DNA from: Deltaproteobacteria bacterium
GTDB lineage: Bacteria; CG2-30-53-67
Length of the DNA stretch: 64,000 bases
Direction: 5' to 3'
Assembly: GCA_013151235.1 (NCBI GenBank)
Contig: JAADIO010000005.1
Span: 1-64,000 of the forward strand
In this document: positions 48,351 to 58,161 of the stretch, piece by piece
Numbering within the stretch: position 1 is the stretch's first letter
Layout of the letters: each line of letters opens with the position of its first letter
Made by a program: the position numbers and the translations under genes
The notes under the pieces: model-generated
What the model saw: only the letters and a program-made list of their open reading frames with translations
Databases searched by the model: none
What the model was told of the DNA's origin: nothing

Positions 48351-49122
48351 CCTCTCCCTTTCCGCGCCTGCGCCGCAGGCCTTCGCCGTATTCCACCGAT
48401 TGCAGGAAAAGACCTCCGGGAGGCGCCGTCGGCCCGGCCTTCCTCCTGTCCCGCGCATCGAGGATCTCCTTCACTTTCTCCGGCGGGATCTTCCCCCGCC
48501 CCACTTCCACCAGGGTCCCTACGATATTCCTCACCATGTGCTGCAGGAAGGCATCGGCGGAGATGAAGAGCCGTATCCAATCATCTTCCCGGACGACATC
48601 CAGCCGATGTATCTCACGCACGGGGTGTTTCGCACAACAGTCGGAAGCCCGGAACGAAGAGAAATCGTGCCTCCCCACGAGACACCTGCCGGCCGTTTCC
48701 ATCGCCGCCGTATCCAGGGGCCGGTTAATCAGCCAGCAACGATTACGCTCGAAGACGGACGGAAAGGAACGGTTCAGGATCACGTATCGGTATGTCTTGC
48801 CGACGGCGCTGAATCGTGCATGAAACTCCAACGGGACCTCTTCGACCTCACGAACCACGATATCATCGGGGAGGAGGGCATTCAAGCCTTTTCGGAACTT
48901 GCCGCATGAGATGGGGCAGTCGGCATGGAAGTGTGCGACCTGCCCCTCGGCATGAACCCCGGCGTCGGTCCGTCCCGAAGCAATCACCTTCGGACGAACG
49001 CCTGTGAGACGTTCGAGGACGCACTCCACAACTTCCTGGATCGTGAACCCGTTCGGCTGAACCTGCCAGCCGTGGTAGGCTGTCCCCTCATATTCGAGAG
49101 TCAATTTCAGGTTACGTGGCAT
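48319..49122 (-). CDS. truA: tRNA pseudouridine(38-40) synthase TruA
   Basis: EYEGTAYHGWQVQ, SGRTDAGVHA, FHARFSA, FLQHMVRNIVG, TAPPGGLFL. Confidence 0.96.
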   Translation of the reverse strand: MPRNLKLTLEYEGTAYHGWQVQPNGFTIQEVVECVLERLTGVRPKVIASGRTDAGVHAEGQVAHFHADCPISCGKFRKGLNALLPDDIVVREVEEVPLEFHARFSAVGKTYRYVILNRSFPSVFERNRCWLINRPLDTAAMETAGRCLVGRHDFSSFRASDCCAKHPVREIHRLDVVREDDWIRLFISADAFLQHMVRNIVGTLVEVGRGKIPPEKVKEILDARDRRKAGPTAPPGGLFLQSVEYGEGLRRRRGKGEDGAAQDSRCR

Positions 49123-49225
49123 GGCACAAGCTTCCATAATCGAGGGGTAATAAAGATCAAAACATATTGGAGATTCACACAGGAAAGAATCAAACAACGT
49201 TCACTGAAAAAGATCCGGGATCTTT

Positions 49226-50968
49226 CTACTCCGGTTCAGCGGAATAGGCATACTCCGAGGAGTTGACATAGCGATTGATCCCGCGGAAAAGCCCCTGCGC
49301 TACCTGTTCCCGGTAGGAACCTCTCCGCAGGCGTTTCTCTTCGGTGGGATTGCTGATGAAGGAAATCTCACTCAAAACACTCGGCATGTGCGCCCCGACG
49401 AGGACCACGAATGGAGCGCCCTTGACACCCAGGTTCTTCACCCCCCGGTAATCCCGGCTGAGGTCGGTCACGAGAGCCCCCTGCAGGGTCTCTGCCAGGC
49501 GGCTCGACTCCTGGGTCTTGTTGTTGAGCAGAAGATCATTCAGGATCTTCTCCAGATCACTCATTCGGTTTGATGCATAGAAATTTTCCCGAGCGGCGAT
49601 CCTCTTGGCGCGCTTCGACGCGGCCAGATCGAGAAACCAGGTCTCAACGCCGCTGATGGATCGATTCCGGGCCGCATTGACATGAATCGATATAAAGAGG
49701 TCCGCCTTTGCCCTGTTGGCGATGGCCGTCCGTTCTTTCAAGGGAATATAGACATCCCGATCCCGGGTCATGACCACCTGCAGACCGAGCTTCTTCTCAA
49801 GCAGTTTCTTCAGACGCAGCCCGACATCAAGCGTGATATCCTTTTCCTTCAGACCGTCCCTGCTGATACAGCCGGGATCCTTCCCGCCGTGCCCCGGATC
49901 GATAATTACCTTGGCGATCTTCATCCCGAACTGTTCGGACAGCGAGGGAGAGCCTTCCACCGGATTGTGTGTTTCCTTCTTGAATTTGCTCAATCGTGTC
50001 AGAACGGAACCCTCGGCCGCGATATCGAGAACAACACGATCGGGAGAGGTCAGAGAGAAGACGGACACCTTTCGGGGGGTTGTAAAATCAAGGACGACAC
50101 GAGCCGTTTTCGAATTGTATTGGCCCACGCGTATTCCCTTGAGATTTTTGTCCTCCACGGCAATCGGATTCTTGTTCAGACCAGGGGCCAGGCGTGTATT
50201 GCGCAGACTCAGATAAACCCTTTCCGGCCCGGTAAGATGGTGTTGCACAAAATCAGCAGGGCCATCAAGGTCGAGGACCACCCGAACATAGTCTTTGCCG
50301 ATCCGGTGACGGACCCCGACAAGATGAACCGGCCCCCTATGCGGGGAAGGCGGTTTGACCGCCACCTTCGATTTGCCGGCCGGAGAAACCGGAGCGGAAA
50401 GACCGGAGCCCTTTCGGGGGAATCCGGCCGGCCGGGGCAGTTCTGCAAGACGGGCCTTCGCCTTCGACACCATGTCTCCCTTCGGGAACCAGGCCGGAAT
50501 CTTGGCATAGGCCCGATAGGCCCGTGTCGGGTCTTTCTTGATCTTCCGGTAGATCTCCCCTACAAAATACTGGGCATCATCGGCATAACGGCTCTTCGGA
50601 TAGTTCTCCGCAAGACGCCGGAAGATCCGCAGGGCCCGGTCCGAATCCCGGATGGCACGGGAACGTCTTCGCAGCTTCAACGTCACCACCCCGGCGTTGT
50701 AGAGGGCATCATCGGCACGACGGGAATCGGGATACCGGTCGGCCACGGATTCAAATTCCCGGATGACACGTTCCCACTGGTCCCGATACCTGATCTTTTT
50801 CCGGGAGTGAACCAGATGCCGGTAATCGCGTCGCGCTTTTCGGAAGGAATTCTCGGCGGCGCTTTTTGCAAGAACCCCGGCGGGATGGAGAGAGAGTAAA
50901 AAAAGGAAGAGGATACAAAAACAAAGATGTCTGCGCGATTTTTTGAAGAATCTGTTCATAATCGACAT
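49226..50968 (-). CDS. N-acetylmuramoyl-L-alanine amidase (TPR + AMIN + Amidase_3)
   Basis: Signal peptide, TPR-like repeats, RVVLD AMIN motifs, IDPGHGGKDPG, FISIHVNA, EISFISN. Confidence 0.92.
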   Translation of the reverse strand: MSIMNRFFKKSRRHLCFCILFLFLLSLHPAGVLAKSAAENSFRKARRDYRHLVHSRKKIRYRDQWERVIREFESVADRYPDSRRADDALYNAGVVTLKLRRRSRAIRDSDRALRIFRRLAENYPKSRYADDAQYFVGEIYRKIKKDPTRAYRAYAKIPAWFPKGDMVSKAKARLAELPRPAGFPRKGSGLSAPVSPAGKSKVAVKPPSPHRGPVHLVGVRHRIGKDYVRVVLDLDGPADFVQHHLTGPERVYLSLRNTRLAPGLNKNPIAVEDKNLKGIRVGQYNSKTARVVLDFTTPRKVSVFSLTSPDRVVLDIAAEGSVLTRLSKFKKETHNPVEGSPSLSEQFGMKIAKVIIDPGHGGKDPGCISRDGLKEKDITLDVGLRLKKLLEKKLGLQVVMTRDRDVYIPLKERTAIANRAKADLFISIHVNAARNRSISGVETWFLDLAASKRAKRIAARENFYASNRMSDLEKILNDLLLNNKTQESSRLAETLQGALVTDLSRDYRGVKNLGVKGAPFVVLVGAHMPSVLSEISFISNPTEEKRLRRGSYREQVAQGLFRGINRYVNSSEYAYSAEPE

Positions 50969-51077
50969 CTTATCAGATGATAGTTAAACTGAATTTTAAA
51001 GGAAAAATAACTAAATGTCAAGTTTTAATCAGGTTTTTTGTTGACGGGAAGGGGACGCCGGTGGAGAAACCGGAGAA

Positions 51078-51461
51078 TCAGGGCTGATCCATAATCGTTG
51101 CGATCACCCGTTTCAGCTCCTGAATCTTGACCGGTTTATTGATATATTCGTGGGCGCCCAGCTGCATCGACTTAAGATAGGTTTCGACATCGCCGAAGGC
51201 CGTCACCATGATCACCCGTATCCCGGGATTGACCTTCTGGATTTCATCTAAAAGCTGCATTCCGTCCATCTCGGGCATCTTGATATCGGTGATCATGAGA
51301 TCGAACTTCTTGTTTACCGAGAGGGAGAGTGCTTCCCTCCCGTCTCCGGCTGTTTCCACATAGAACCCCTCCTGCTGAAGGATCTCCGACAAGCCGTCAC
51401 GGACATGCACTTCATCATCCACAAGCAGGATCGATTTTTTCGTTTCGTGGGCAGGCTGCAT
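51078..51461 (-). CDS. Single-domain response regulator
   Basis: ILLVDDE, TDIKMPEMDG, VTAFG, YINKP. Confidence 0.9.
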   Translation of the reverse strand: MQPAHETKKSILLVDDEVHVRDGLSEILQQEGFYVETAGDGREALSLSVNKKFDLMITDIKMPEMDGMQLLDEIQKVNPGIRVIMVTAFGDVETYLKSMQLGAHEYINKPVKIQELKRVIATIMDQP

Positions 51462-51595
51462 GGTGTTTGGGACTTTCACCTGTAATGGATAATACTTGTT
51501 TTCTATCACAGAAGGCGGAGATCGTCAAGACAAACGAAATATCCGTGTCGTCACAGAGTGTACCTTCATTATGCTGCTGTGCTATAATGCCGATC

Positions 51596-52603
51596 ATGAA
51601 AGAAGCGATGCTCTATCGGAAGCTGGACCATTCCGTTGTCTTGTGTGATCTTTGCGGACACCGTTGCAGGATCAAGCCGGGCAAACGCGGAATCTGCGCT
51701 GTGCGGGAGAACCGGGATGGAATGCTCACGTCCATGGTCTACCGGAAGCTCATTGCGCGTTCCGTCGATCCGATCGAAAAGAAACCGCTCTTTCATTTCC
51801 TCCCCGGTTCCCTTTCCTATTCCATCGCCACGGTGGGATGCAATTTTCATTGCCGTCATTGCCAGAACGCGGAGATCGCCCAGATGCCTCACGATCGGAA
51901 CAGAATCTTCGGGGAGGAGATTCCCCCACAGGAGATCGTTCGCCAAGCCGGAGAGATGGGCTGTGCCACCATCGCCTACACCTATACGGAACCGACGATC
52001 TTCTTTGAAACCGCGTATGAAACGGCCCGTATGGCACGAAGACAGGGAATCCGGAATGTCTTCGTGAGCAACGGCTACATGACGGAAGAGGCCATCGATT
52101 TGATCGCTCCCTACCTGGACGCAGTCAACATCGACCTGAAAGGACGGGAGTCCTTCTACCGGAAAATCTGCGGCGCCCATTTCCAGCCGGTGGTTGACTC
52201 AATCCGCCGGATGTATGAACGGGGAATCTGGGTGGAGGTCACCACGCTGGTCATCCCCGGCCTGAACGACGGCGAAGACGAGTTGAGATACATCGCCGAT
52301 GTTATTGCCGCGATCGATCCCTCTATCCCCTGGCATCTCAGCGCCTTTCATCCGGCCTACCGATTAATGGATCGCCCCCCGACCTCAGCAGAGATCATCC
52401 GGAAAGCACGATCCATCGGCAGGAACCGGGGACTACAATATATCTTCGTAGGAAACCTTCCCGGAGAAGATGGGGAAGAAACACTGTGCCCCGGTTGCCG
52501 GAAGCAGGTGATCCGTCGTTCCGGCTACCGGATCCTTCAGAACAGCATCAAGAACGGGCTCTGTCCTGCCTGCGGGACAGGCATTGCCGGGGTCTGGAAG
52601 TAA
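51596..52603 (+). CDS. amrS: AmmeMemoRadiSam system radical SAM enzyme
   Basis: MKEAMLY, CDLCGHRC...GICAVR, DPIEKKPLFHFLPG, GCNFHCRHCQN, YTYTEPT, EVTTLVIPG. Confidence 0.93.
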   Translation: MKEAMLYRKLDHSVVLCDLCGHRCRIKPGKRGICAVRENRDGMLTSMVYRKLIARSVDPIEKKPLFHFLPGSLSYSIATVGCNFHCRHCQNAEIAQMPHDRNRIFGEEIPPQEIVRQAGEMGCATIAYTYTEPTIFFETAYETARMARRQGIRNVFVSNGYMTEEAIDLIAPYLDAVNIDLKGRESFYRKICGAHFQPVVDSIRRMYERGIWVEVTTLVIPGLNDGEDELRYIADVIAAIDPSIPWHLSAFHPAYRLMDRPPTSAEIIRKARSIGRNRGLQYIFVGNLPGEDGEETLCPGCRKQVIRRSGYRILQNSIKNGLCPACGTGIAGVWK

Positions 52604-53453
52604 CGCCGGAGCAGGAGAGGGCGGGAAGACGAAAGACCATGGCACAACCACCGAGGCTCCCCGTTTCTACACTGATCTCCCCACCGTGAAGTTCAACAAT
52701 CTCCCGGGCGATGGGAAGGCCCAGTCCGGTCCCCTCCTTCGTGACGGAGGATAACTGATAAAACTTCTCAAAAACACGATCCCGGGCCTCTTCCGGAATG
52801 CCCGGCCCACTGTCCTCGATCGACACGATCACCCACGGTTTTTCTTCCCGGCATCCTAACCTATTGCACGGATCCGTTTTCACCTCGGCCCGAATCTTTC
52901 CCCCTTCCGGAGTAAACTTTACGGCATTGCCGATCAGGTTCGACAACACCTGTCCCAGCCGTTGTTTATCGGCCGAGACATAAGGAAGATCGGGAGCATA
53001 GCTTTTCAGAACCTCGATTTTTTTCCGCACCATTGCACCACTGAAAACGGTCAGAAAATAATCGACGACTTCGACAGGATCGACGTCCTCCTTCCGGAGC
53101 TGAACAGACCGGCGGTTCTCCATCTTACTCAGATCGAGATAATCATTGATCAGGGCATTCATCCGCTCCGATTCGTCGGCAATCACCCGGAGGAACTCGA
53201 CCTGGATCTCCTCCTTCTCTTCCCGATAGAGAAGGAGAAGGTCGGTATAGGCCTTAATCGCAGTCAGGGGCGTACGCAGTTCATGGGAGAGGGTATCAAA
53301 GAACTCCGTCCGGATCCGTACCTGTTCCCGAAGTTCCCTGATCTCCTCTTCAGGAGAGACCGAAACATCCTTACGGAACGCTTCCGCGGTCCGCTCTCCA
53401 TCGCGGGAACGGACCTCCCGGCCCGGATCGTTTTTCAGACCTGACCTGTACAT
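52548..53453 (-). CDS. Cytoplasmic sensor histidine kinase (HisKA + HATPase)
   Basis: SHELRTPLT, NLIGNAVKFT, DSGPGIP, GTGLGLPI; no TM segment. Confidence 0.88.
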   Translation of the reverse strand: MYRSGLKNDPGREVRSRDGERTAEAFRKDVSVSPEEEIRELREQVRIRTEFFDTLSHELRTPLTAIKAYTDLLLLYREEKEEIQVEFLRVIADESERMNALINDYLDLSKMENRRSVQLRKEDVDPVEVVDYFLTVFSGAMVRKKIEVLKSYAPDLPYVSADKQRLGQVLSNLIGNAVKFTPEGGKIRAEVKTDPCNRLGCREEKPWVIVSIEDSGPGIPEEARDRVFEKFYQLSSVTKEGTGLGLPIAREIVELHGGEISVETGSLGGCAMVFRLPALSCSGVTSRPRQCLSRRQDRARS

Positions 53454-53793
53454 ACAGGACCCTTTTACAAGCTATATGATTTCGTTTCAACGTCAGGAGA
53501 TTAAAACAGTTCCTTTCCCCTTTTCGGCAGAAAAGGACTCCAACTTGAGCCGGGAGAAACAATCACCCTGTAACCTCCTGTATTTCTACAGATTCTTTGT
53601 TACGCTTAAAAAGAAATTCGAAGAATGTCCACAGTCGGGACCGGTCCCGTTTTCTGAAAGTTTCCCGTCACTGGCCGGATCTCTCATCTTCTGATATACT
53701 TTTCCCAGAAATACAGAAACTTCCCCAAGACGATGCGGATGAACCCGTGTCGCGAAAGGGAAACATTTTCCGGAGGGAAAGGAGGTATCGGTT

Positions 53794-54024
53794 ATGGTAA
53801 CAAAAATCTGTTCCGAACATACCCTCGACTGCAGGGAGATGGCATGCTCTGAGGTACTGGCAAAGCTGAAAGGCACGATGTCCGAGATGAAGCAGGGGGA
53901 GGTCGTGGAGGTATTCACCACCGATGTCTGTACCGAATATGATCTTCCGAACTGGGTACAGCGAAAGGGCAGCGAGCTGATTGCACAGGAACATGTGACG
54001 GTTTTTCACATTCGGAAGCAGTAA
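53794..54024 (+). CDS. TusA/SirA family sulfur carrier
   Basis: TLDCREMAC...GEVVEVFTTD...DLPNW pattern; AAGGAGG RBS. Confidence 0.75.
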   Translation: MVTKICSEHTLDCREMACSEVLAKLKGTMSEMKQGEVVEVFTTDVCTEYDLPNWVQRKGSELIAQEHVTVFHIRKQ

Positions 54025-54067
54025 GGGACGAAAAAGGGGCCGGATTCAGCAACACCGGGAAGGGAGC

Positions 54068-56038
54068 TCAGGCCTGCCCCTTGCAAGAAACGCGTTCGTC
54101 ATCATGCCGGGAGGCGGGAGGTTCGATAAAACGAAGAATCTCTTCGGCTTTCCGGGTGAGGGGCATCCGGGCCAGACTTTTCAGAAAATACTTCCCATAG
54201 GCCTTGGTATGGATTCTTCTGTCAAGAATGGAGAGGACGCCCCGGTCATTTCCGCTTCGGATCAACCGGCCGAACCCCTGTTTCAGGGCAATCGCCGCCT
54301 CGGGAAGCTGGTAGTCGTAAAAGGGGTTTCCGCCTCCTTTTCGCACGGCTTCGATCCGGGCCGCCACGACAGGATCCTGGGGCGCGGCAAAGGGAAGTTT
54401 GTCGACAATCACACAGGAGAGGGCCTCTCCCCGGACATCGATTCCCTGCCAGAAAGAACGGGTGGCAAAGAGAACCGACGCCGTGTCCTCCCGAAAATCA
54501 TGAAGCAGTTCTTCACGTGAAGCCTCCCCCTGTTTGAGCAGCCGGTATTTCATTTTCCCTTGCAAAAGTTGATAAACGGCATCGAGGTTCCGGTTGCTGG
54601 TAAAGAGGACAAAGGCGCGCCCCCGCGTCCGTTCAAGAATTTTTTCAATCTCCCCGGCCGCCTCCCGGTCGAAATCACTCCCCCGCGGCTCACATTTCAT
54701 CTGCGGAAGATAAAGAAGAGCCTGAGAGGCATAATCAAAGGGGGACGGCAGTGCAAGCTCCACCGCGTCACTCAAACCAAGCCGCCTTTTTATGTAGTCG
54801 AAACTCCCGCCCGCCGTCAAGGTGGCCGATGTGAGAACCGCACAGTCGGCGGGAGAGAAGATTTTCTCCTGCAGCTCCTTTGAAACATCAATAGGTGAGG
54901 CATGGAGGAAGACCCCTTTACCCCGGATCTCGCACCAGTAAACCTGCTGATAGTCCCGGCCATCGAGAATAAACTTCAACTCCTCATGGATCTCTTCACT
55001 TCTCCTGCGGCAGGAGGCAAGCTCTTCCTGTTTCTCCACAAAGGGGCGAAGCTCTTTCTGCAGTCCATGCAGACCGTGCAGGAGATCTTCTCCCCGGCCG
55101 GACTGCTTTTCCGTCCGTTTCTCCGGGACCATACGGAATCGATCCCCGCCGCTGAGAAAGGTGGAAAAGAATTCTTTTGCCAGAGCTTCCACCTTTTCGC
55201 AGAGCGCCTCCACCTTTTTCTTTCCCCGTGCACGTCCCATCCGTTTCAATCCCTGCCGGATGTCGCGGATCAGTTCTTCCAGACGGTAGTTGCTGACCTG
55301 AAGACCTAAATGATGGGTCGCCACCTCCTCGATCAGGTGAGCTTCATCAAAGATGACGCCCTCATAATCGGGGATCACCTCCCCGGCCCCCTTTTCCCGG
55401 ATTTTTAGATCGGCAAAAAAGAGATGATGGTTGACAATCACAAGATCGGCCCGGGCGGCCTGCCGCCGCATCACCGTGATAAAGCAACGGTCCAGATCGG
55501 GACATTGCCCTCCCTGACAGGCCTCCCGCTGTGAATTGACCTGTTTCCAGAGGGACGAGGTCTCCTGCATCCCGGACAATTCAGCGACATCACCGGTCGT
55601 CGTCTTGTCCACCCAGGACTTCAGCGCTGCAAATCGTTCCCGGTCTCCGGGATCAATCAAAAGAGGAAACGCCTTGAATTGATGATAACGATTCCAGCAA
55701 AGATAATTACTGCGCCCTTTCATATAGGCGGCCAGAAAGGGCTTCCCAAGCAGATCCCGGAGGAGAGGAAGATCCTTGTAGAAAAGCTGCTCCTGCAATG
55801 CCTTGGTGCCGGTGGAGATCACCACCTTCCGGCCGGAAAGGACAGCCGGGACCAGATAGGCAAGGGTCTTCCCCGTCCCGGTCCCCGCTTCGACGAGGAC
55901 ATGCCGTCCCTGTCGGAATCCCTCCATCACCGTTTCACTCATCTTCAACTGCTGGGAGCGAAACTCATACCCCGGCAACTTTCGTGACAGAACCCCGCCG
56001 GGGCCGAAAATTCCATCAGGATGTATCTCTTCGTTCAT
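54068..56038 (-). CDS. ATP-dependent DNA helicase, DinG/YoaA family
   Basis: EAGTGTGKT, KGRSNYLC, Fe-S cysteines, DEAH, SATL, QGFGRLIRS. Confidence 0.93.
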   Translation of the reverse strand: MNEEIHPDGIFGPGGVLSRKLPGYEFRSQQLKMSETVMEGFRQGRHVLVEAGTGTGKTLAYLVPAVLSGRKVVISTGTKALQEQLFYKDLPLLRDLLGKPFLAAYMKGRSNYLCWNRYHQFKAFPLLIDPGDRERFAALKSWVDKTTTGDVAELSGMQETSSLWKQVNSQREACQGGQCPDLDRCFITVMRRQAARADLVIVNHHLFFADLKIREKGAGEVIPDYEGVIFDEAHLIEEVATHHLGLQVSNYRLEELIRDIRQGLKRMGRARGKKKVEALCEKVEALAKEFFSTFLSGGDRFRMVPEKRTEKQSGRGEDLLHGLHGLQKELRPFVEKQEELASCRRRSEEIHEELKFILDGRDYQQVYWCEIRGKGVFLHASPIDVSKELQEKIFSPADCAVLTSATLTAGGSFDYIKRRLGLSDAVELALPSPFDYASQALLYLPQMKCEPRGSDFDREAAGEIEKILERTRGRAFVLFTSNRNLDAVYQLLQGKMKYRLLKQGEASREELLHDFREDTASVLFATRSFWQGIDVRGEALSCVIVDKLPFAAPQDPVVAARIEAVRKGGGNPFYDYQLPEAAIALKQGFGRLIRSGNDRGVLSILDRRIHTKAYGKYFLKSLARMPLTRKAEEILRFIEPPASRHDDERVSCKGQA

Positions 56039-56208
56039 TTTTCCTCCTGCAAACAGGCGCATCATAACACAGGGAGAGGAGGCGCTGCAAGAATGGAGAA
56101 TCGCTTGATATTCCAGACGTGATTCGTTACAGTACACTGCAAAAAAAGGGAGAATGCCTTGGCCGGAACGGCAGGCAAGGAGAACCGTAAGAGCTGAAGG
56201 AGGAAAAG

Positions 56209-56772
56209 ATGAACGGAAAAATTGGAGGAACTCTTTTTACATTGATCCTTTGCCTTTTGCTGGTCGGGAACGGCTGTAGCAAAAAGGGCTCGGAATCCGC
56301 TTCGGACACTCCAAAAGCAGCGTCGGAACGGCACGCATCCACCCTACCGACAGTGGGAGACCTTGAACAAGGCACGAAAGATGTTCAAAGCCTGATCCGG
56401 CAGGGAAACAGCGACATGGATGCCCACCGCTACCTGGATGCGGTCAATGCCTATACCCGGACGCTGGAGATCATCCCGGAAGATGTCGATGTCCGAATCG
56501 ACATGGGAACTTGCTACCGAAAGATGGGAAAACCGGAAAAGGCGGTGCAGGCCTACCGCAAAGCCCTGAGCTATCAGCCGGACCACCCCAACGGACTGGC
56601 CAATCTCGGGGTGGTCCTGGCCTACGATCTTAAAGATCCGGCCGGTGCCGTAAAAGTCTGGGAGAAATTTCTCTCTCTTTATCCGAATCACCCCATGGCC
56701 GCCTCGATCCGGCAGGAGGTCCGAAGGATCCGAAGGATCCGCATAGGCAAAAACACGAAGAACAAATCGTGA
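56209..56772 (+). CDS. TPR-repeat lipoprotein
   Basis: Lipobox-like VGNGC, three TPR-like repeats. Confidence 0.8.
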   Translation: MNGKIGGTLFTLILCLLLVGNGCSKKGSESASDTPKAASERHASTLPTVGDLEQGTKDVQSLIRQGNSDMDAHRYLDAVNAYTRTLEIIPEDVDVRIDMGTCYRKMGKPEKAVQAYRKALSYQPDHPNGLANLGVVLAYDLKDPAGAVKVWEKFLSLYPNHPMAASIRQEVRRIRRIRIGKNTKNKS

Positions 56773-56823
56773 GGAAACCGAATAAAAACCATTTAAAACC
56801 TCGTCAGAAGATGGGCGCTCCCC

Positions 56824-58161
56824 CTACCCCGCCTCTTCCGGCTCATCTTCAAGTTCGCCGAGCTGTTCCACCGTCTCCGCGGCCGGCAGCTCCTGCACGC
56901 GGTTGAGTTTCCGCCCGATATTCCGGGTCTTCCGTGCCGCCTCCTCGATCGTGTTGCTTGCCTCCTGCAATTTCTTCTGCGTCTTTTCGAGGATATAACC
57001 GAACTTGCCGAACTCCGTCTTCACGGCACCGAGAAGTACCCAAACCTCACTGGATCTTTTTTCGATCGCAAGGGTACGGAATCCCATCTGGAGACTGTTG
57101 ATCAGAGCCGACAAAGTCGTGGGACCGGTCACCGTGATCCGGTACTTCCGCTGGAGCGTATCAAAAAGACCGGGACGATTGAGTACCTCGGCATACAACC
57201 CCTCCGTGGGGAGAAACATGATTGCAAAATCGGTGGTATAGGGCGGATCAAGATATTTCTCCCGGATATCCCTGGCGCTCTTCTTGATCCGTATCTCCAA
57301 CTGTTTCGCCGCGTCCTCCACCCCGGCGGCATCGGCCCGCTCCCGAGCATCAAGGAGACGATCGTAATCCTCCCGCGGGAACTTCGCATCCAGAGGGAGC
57401 CAAACCTCATGGCCTGCGTCCTCCCCCTTTCCGGGAAGTTTGACGGCAAACTCCACCCGTTCCTTGCCTTTCTTCTTCGTGGCCACATTCCGTGCAAACT
57501 GATCCGGTGTCAGGAGTTCTTCGAGGATCGTCCCGAGTTGAATCTCTCCCCAGGTCCCCCGGGTCTTCACATGGGTCAGAACTCGTTTGAGATCCCCGAC
57601 ACCGGCGGCAAGGGTCTGCATCTCCCCCAGCCCCTGGTGAACCTTCTCCAGCCGTTCACTCACAAACTTAAAGGACTCCCCCAAACGTTTTTCGAGCGTC
57701 TCATGGAGTTTCTCATCCACCGTCGCCCGCATCTGTTCCAGCTTCAGACTGTTTTCTTCCTGCAGCCCCTGAAACTTCGTTTCCAGAGATTCCCGCAATC
57801 GTTCCAACTTCTGCTCACTGCTCTGTGTCAGATGAGCCAACTGGTTGGCAAAGGTATCGAGCTGGTTCTTCTGGAGTTGTGCAATCTCCGACATCCGGGT
57901 GAGGAGGGATTCGCCGGAGATACGAACGGAACGGCTCAATTCCTCCCGGCTTTGCTGTGCATGGATCCCCGTCTCTTCCCGGTTCCGGGAAATTTCCTCC
58001 TTGAAGGTCCGTTCAATCCGCTCCTGGTTCTTTTCCAGGTCGGCAAAGCGATGTTCCTGCAACGACCGTGCCCCGCGCCCCCGGAGGAAAACCAGGACCA
58101 GGATGACGCTATTCACCCCAACGAGCAGAAGGAGCAAAAGGAAAAAGAAATAATCAGGCAT
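56824..58161 (-). CDS. rmuC: DNA recombination protein RmuC
   Basis: KTRGTWGEIQL, LPLDAKFP, TTDFAIMFLPTEGLYAE, GPTTLSA, SLQMGFRTLAIEKRSSEVW. Confidence 0.95.
   Translation of the reverse strand: MPDYFFFLLLLLLVGVNSVILVLVFLRGRGARSLQEHRFADLEKNQERIERTFKEEISRNREETGIHAQQSREELSRSVRISGESLLTRMSEIAQLQKNQLDTFANQLAHLTQSSEQKLERLRESLETKFQGLQEENSLKLEQMRATVDEKLHETLEKRLGESFKFVSERLEKVHQGLGEMQTLAAGVGDLKRVLTHVKTRGTWGEIQLGTILEELLTPDQFARNVATKKKGKERVEFAVKLPGKGEDAGHEVWLPLDAKFPREDYDRLLDARERADAAGVEDAAKQLEIRIKKSARDIREKYLDPPYTTDFAIMFLPTEGLYAEVLNRPGLFDTLQRKYRITVTGPTTLSALINSLQMGFRTLAIEKRSSEVWVLLGAVKTEFGKFGYILEKTQKKLQEASNTIEEAARKTRNIGRKLNRVQELPAAETVEQLGELEDEPEEAG

Noticed and set aside
53460-53790. Riboswitch or ncRNA upstream of the tusA-like gene
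   Set aside because: No recognisable aptamer consensus by eye; an Rfam scan would be needed
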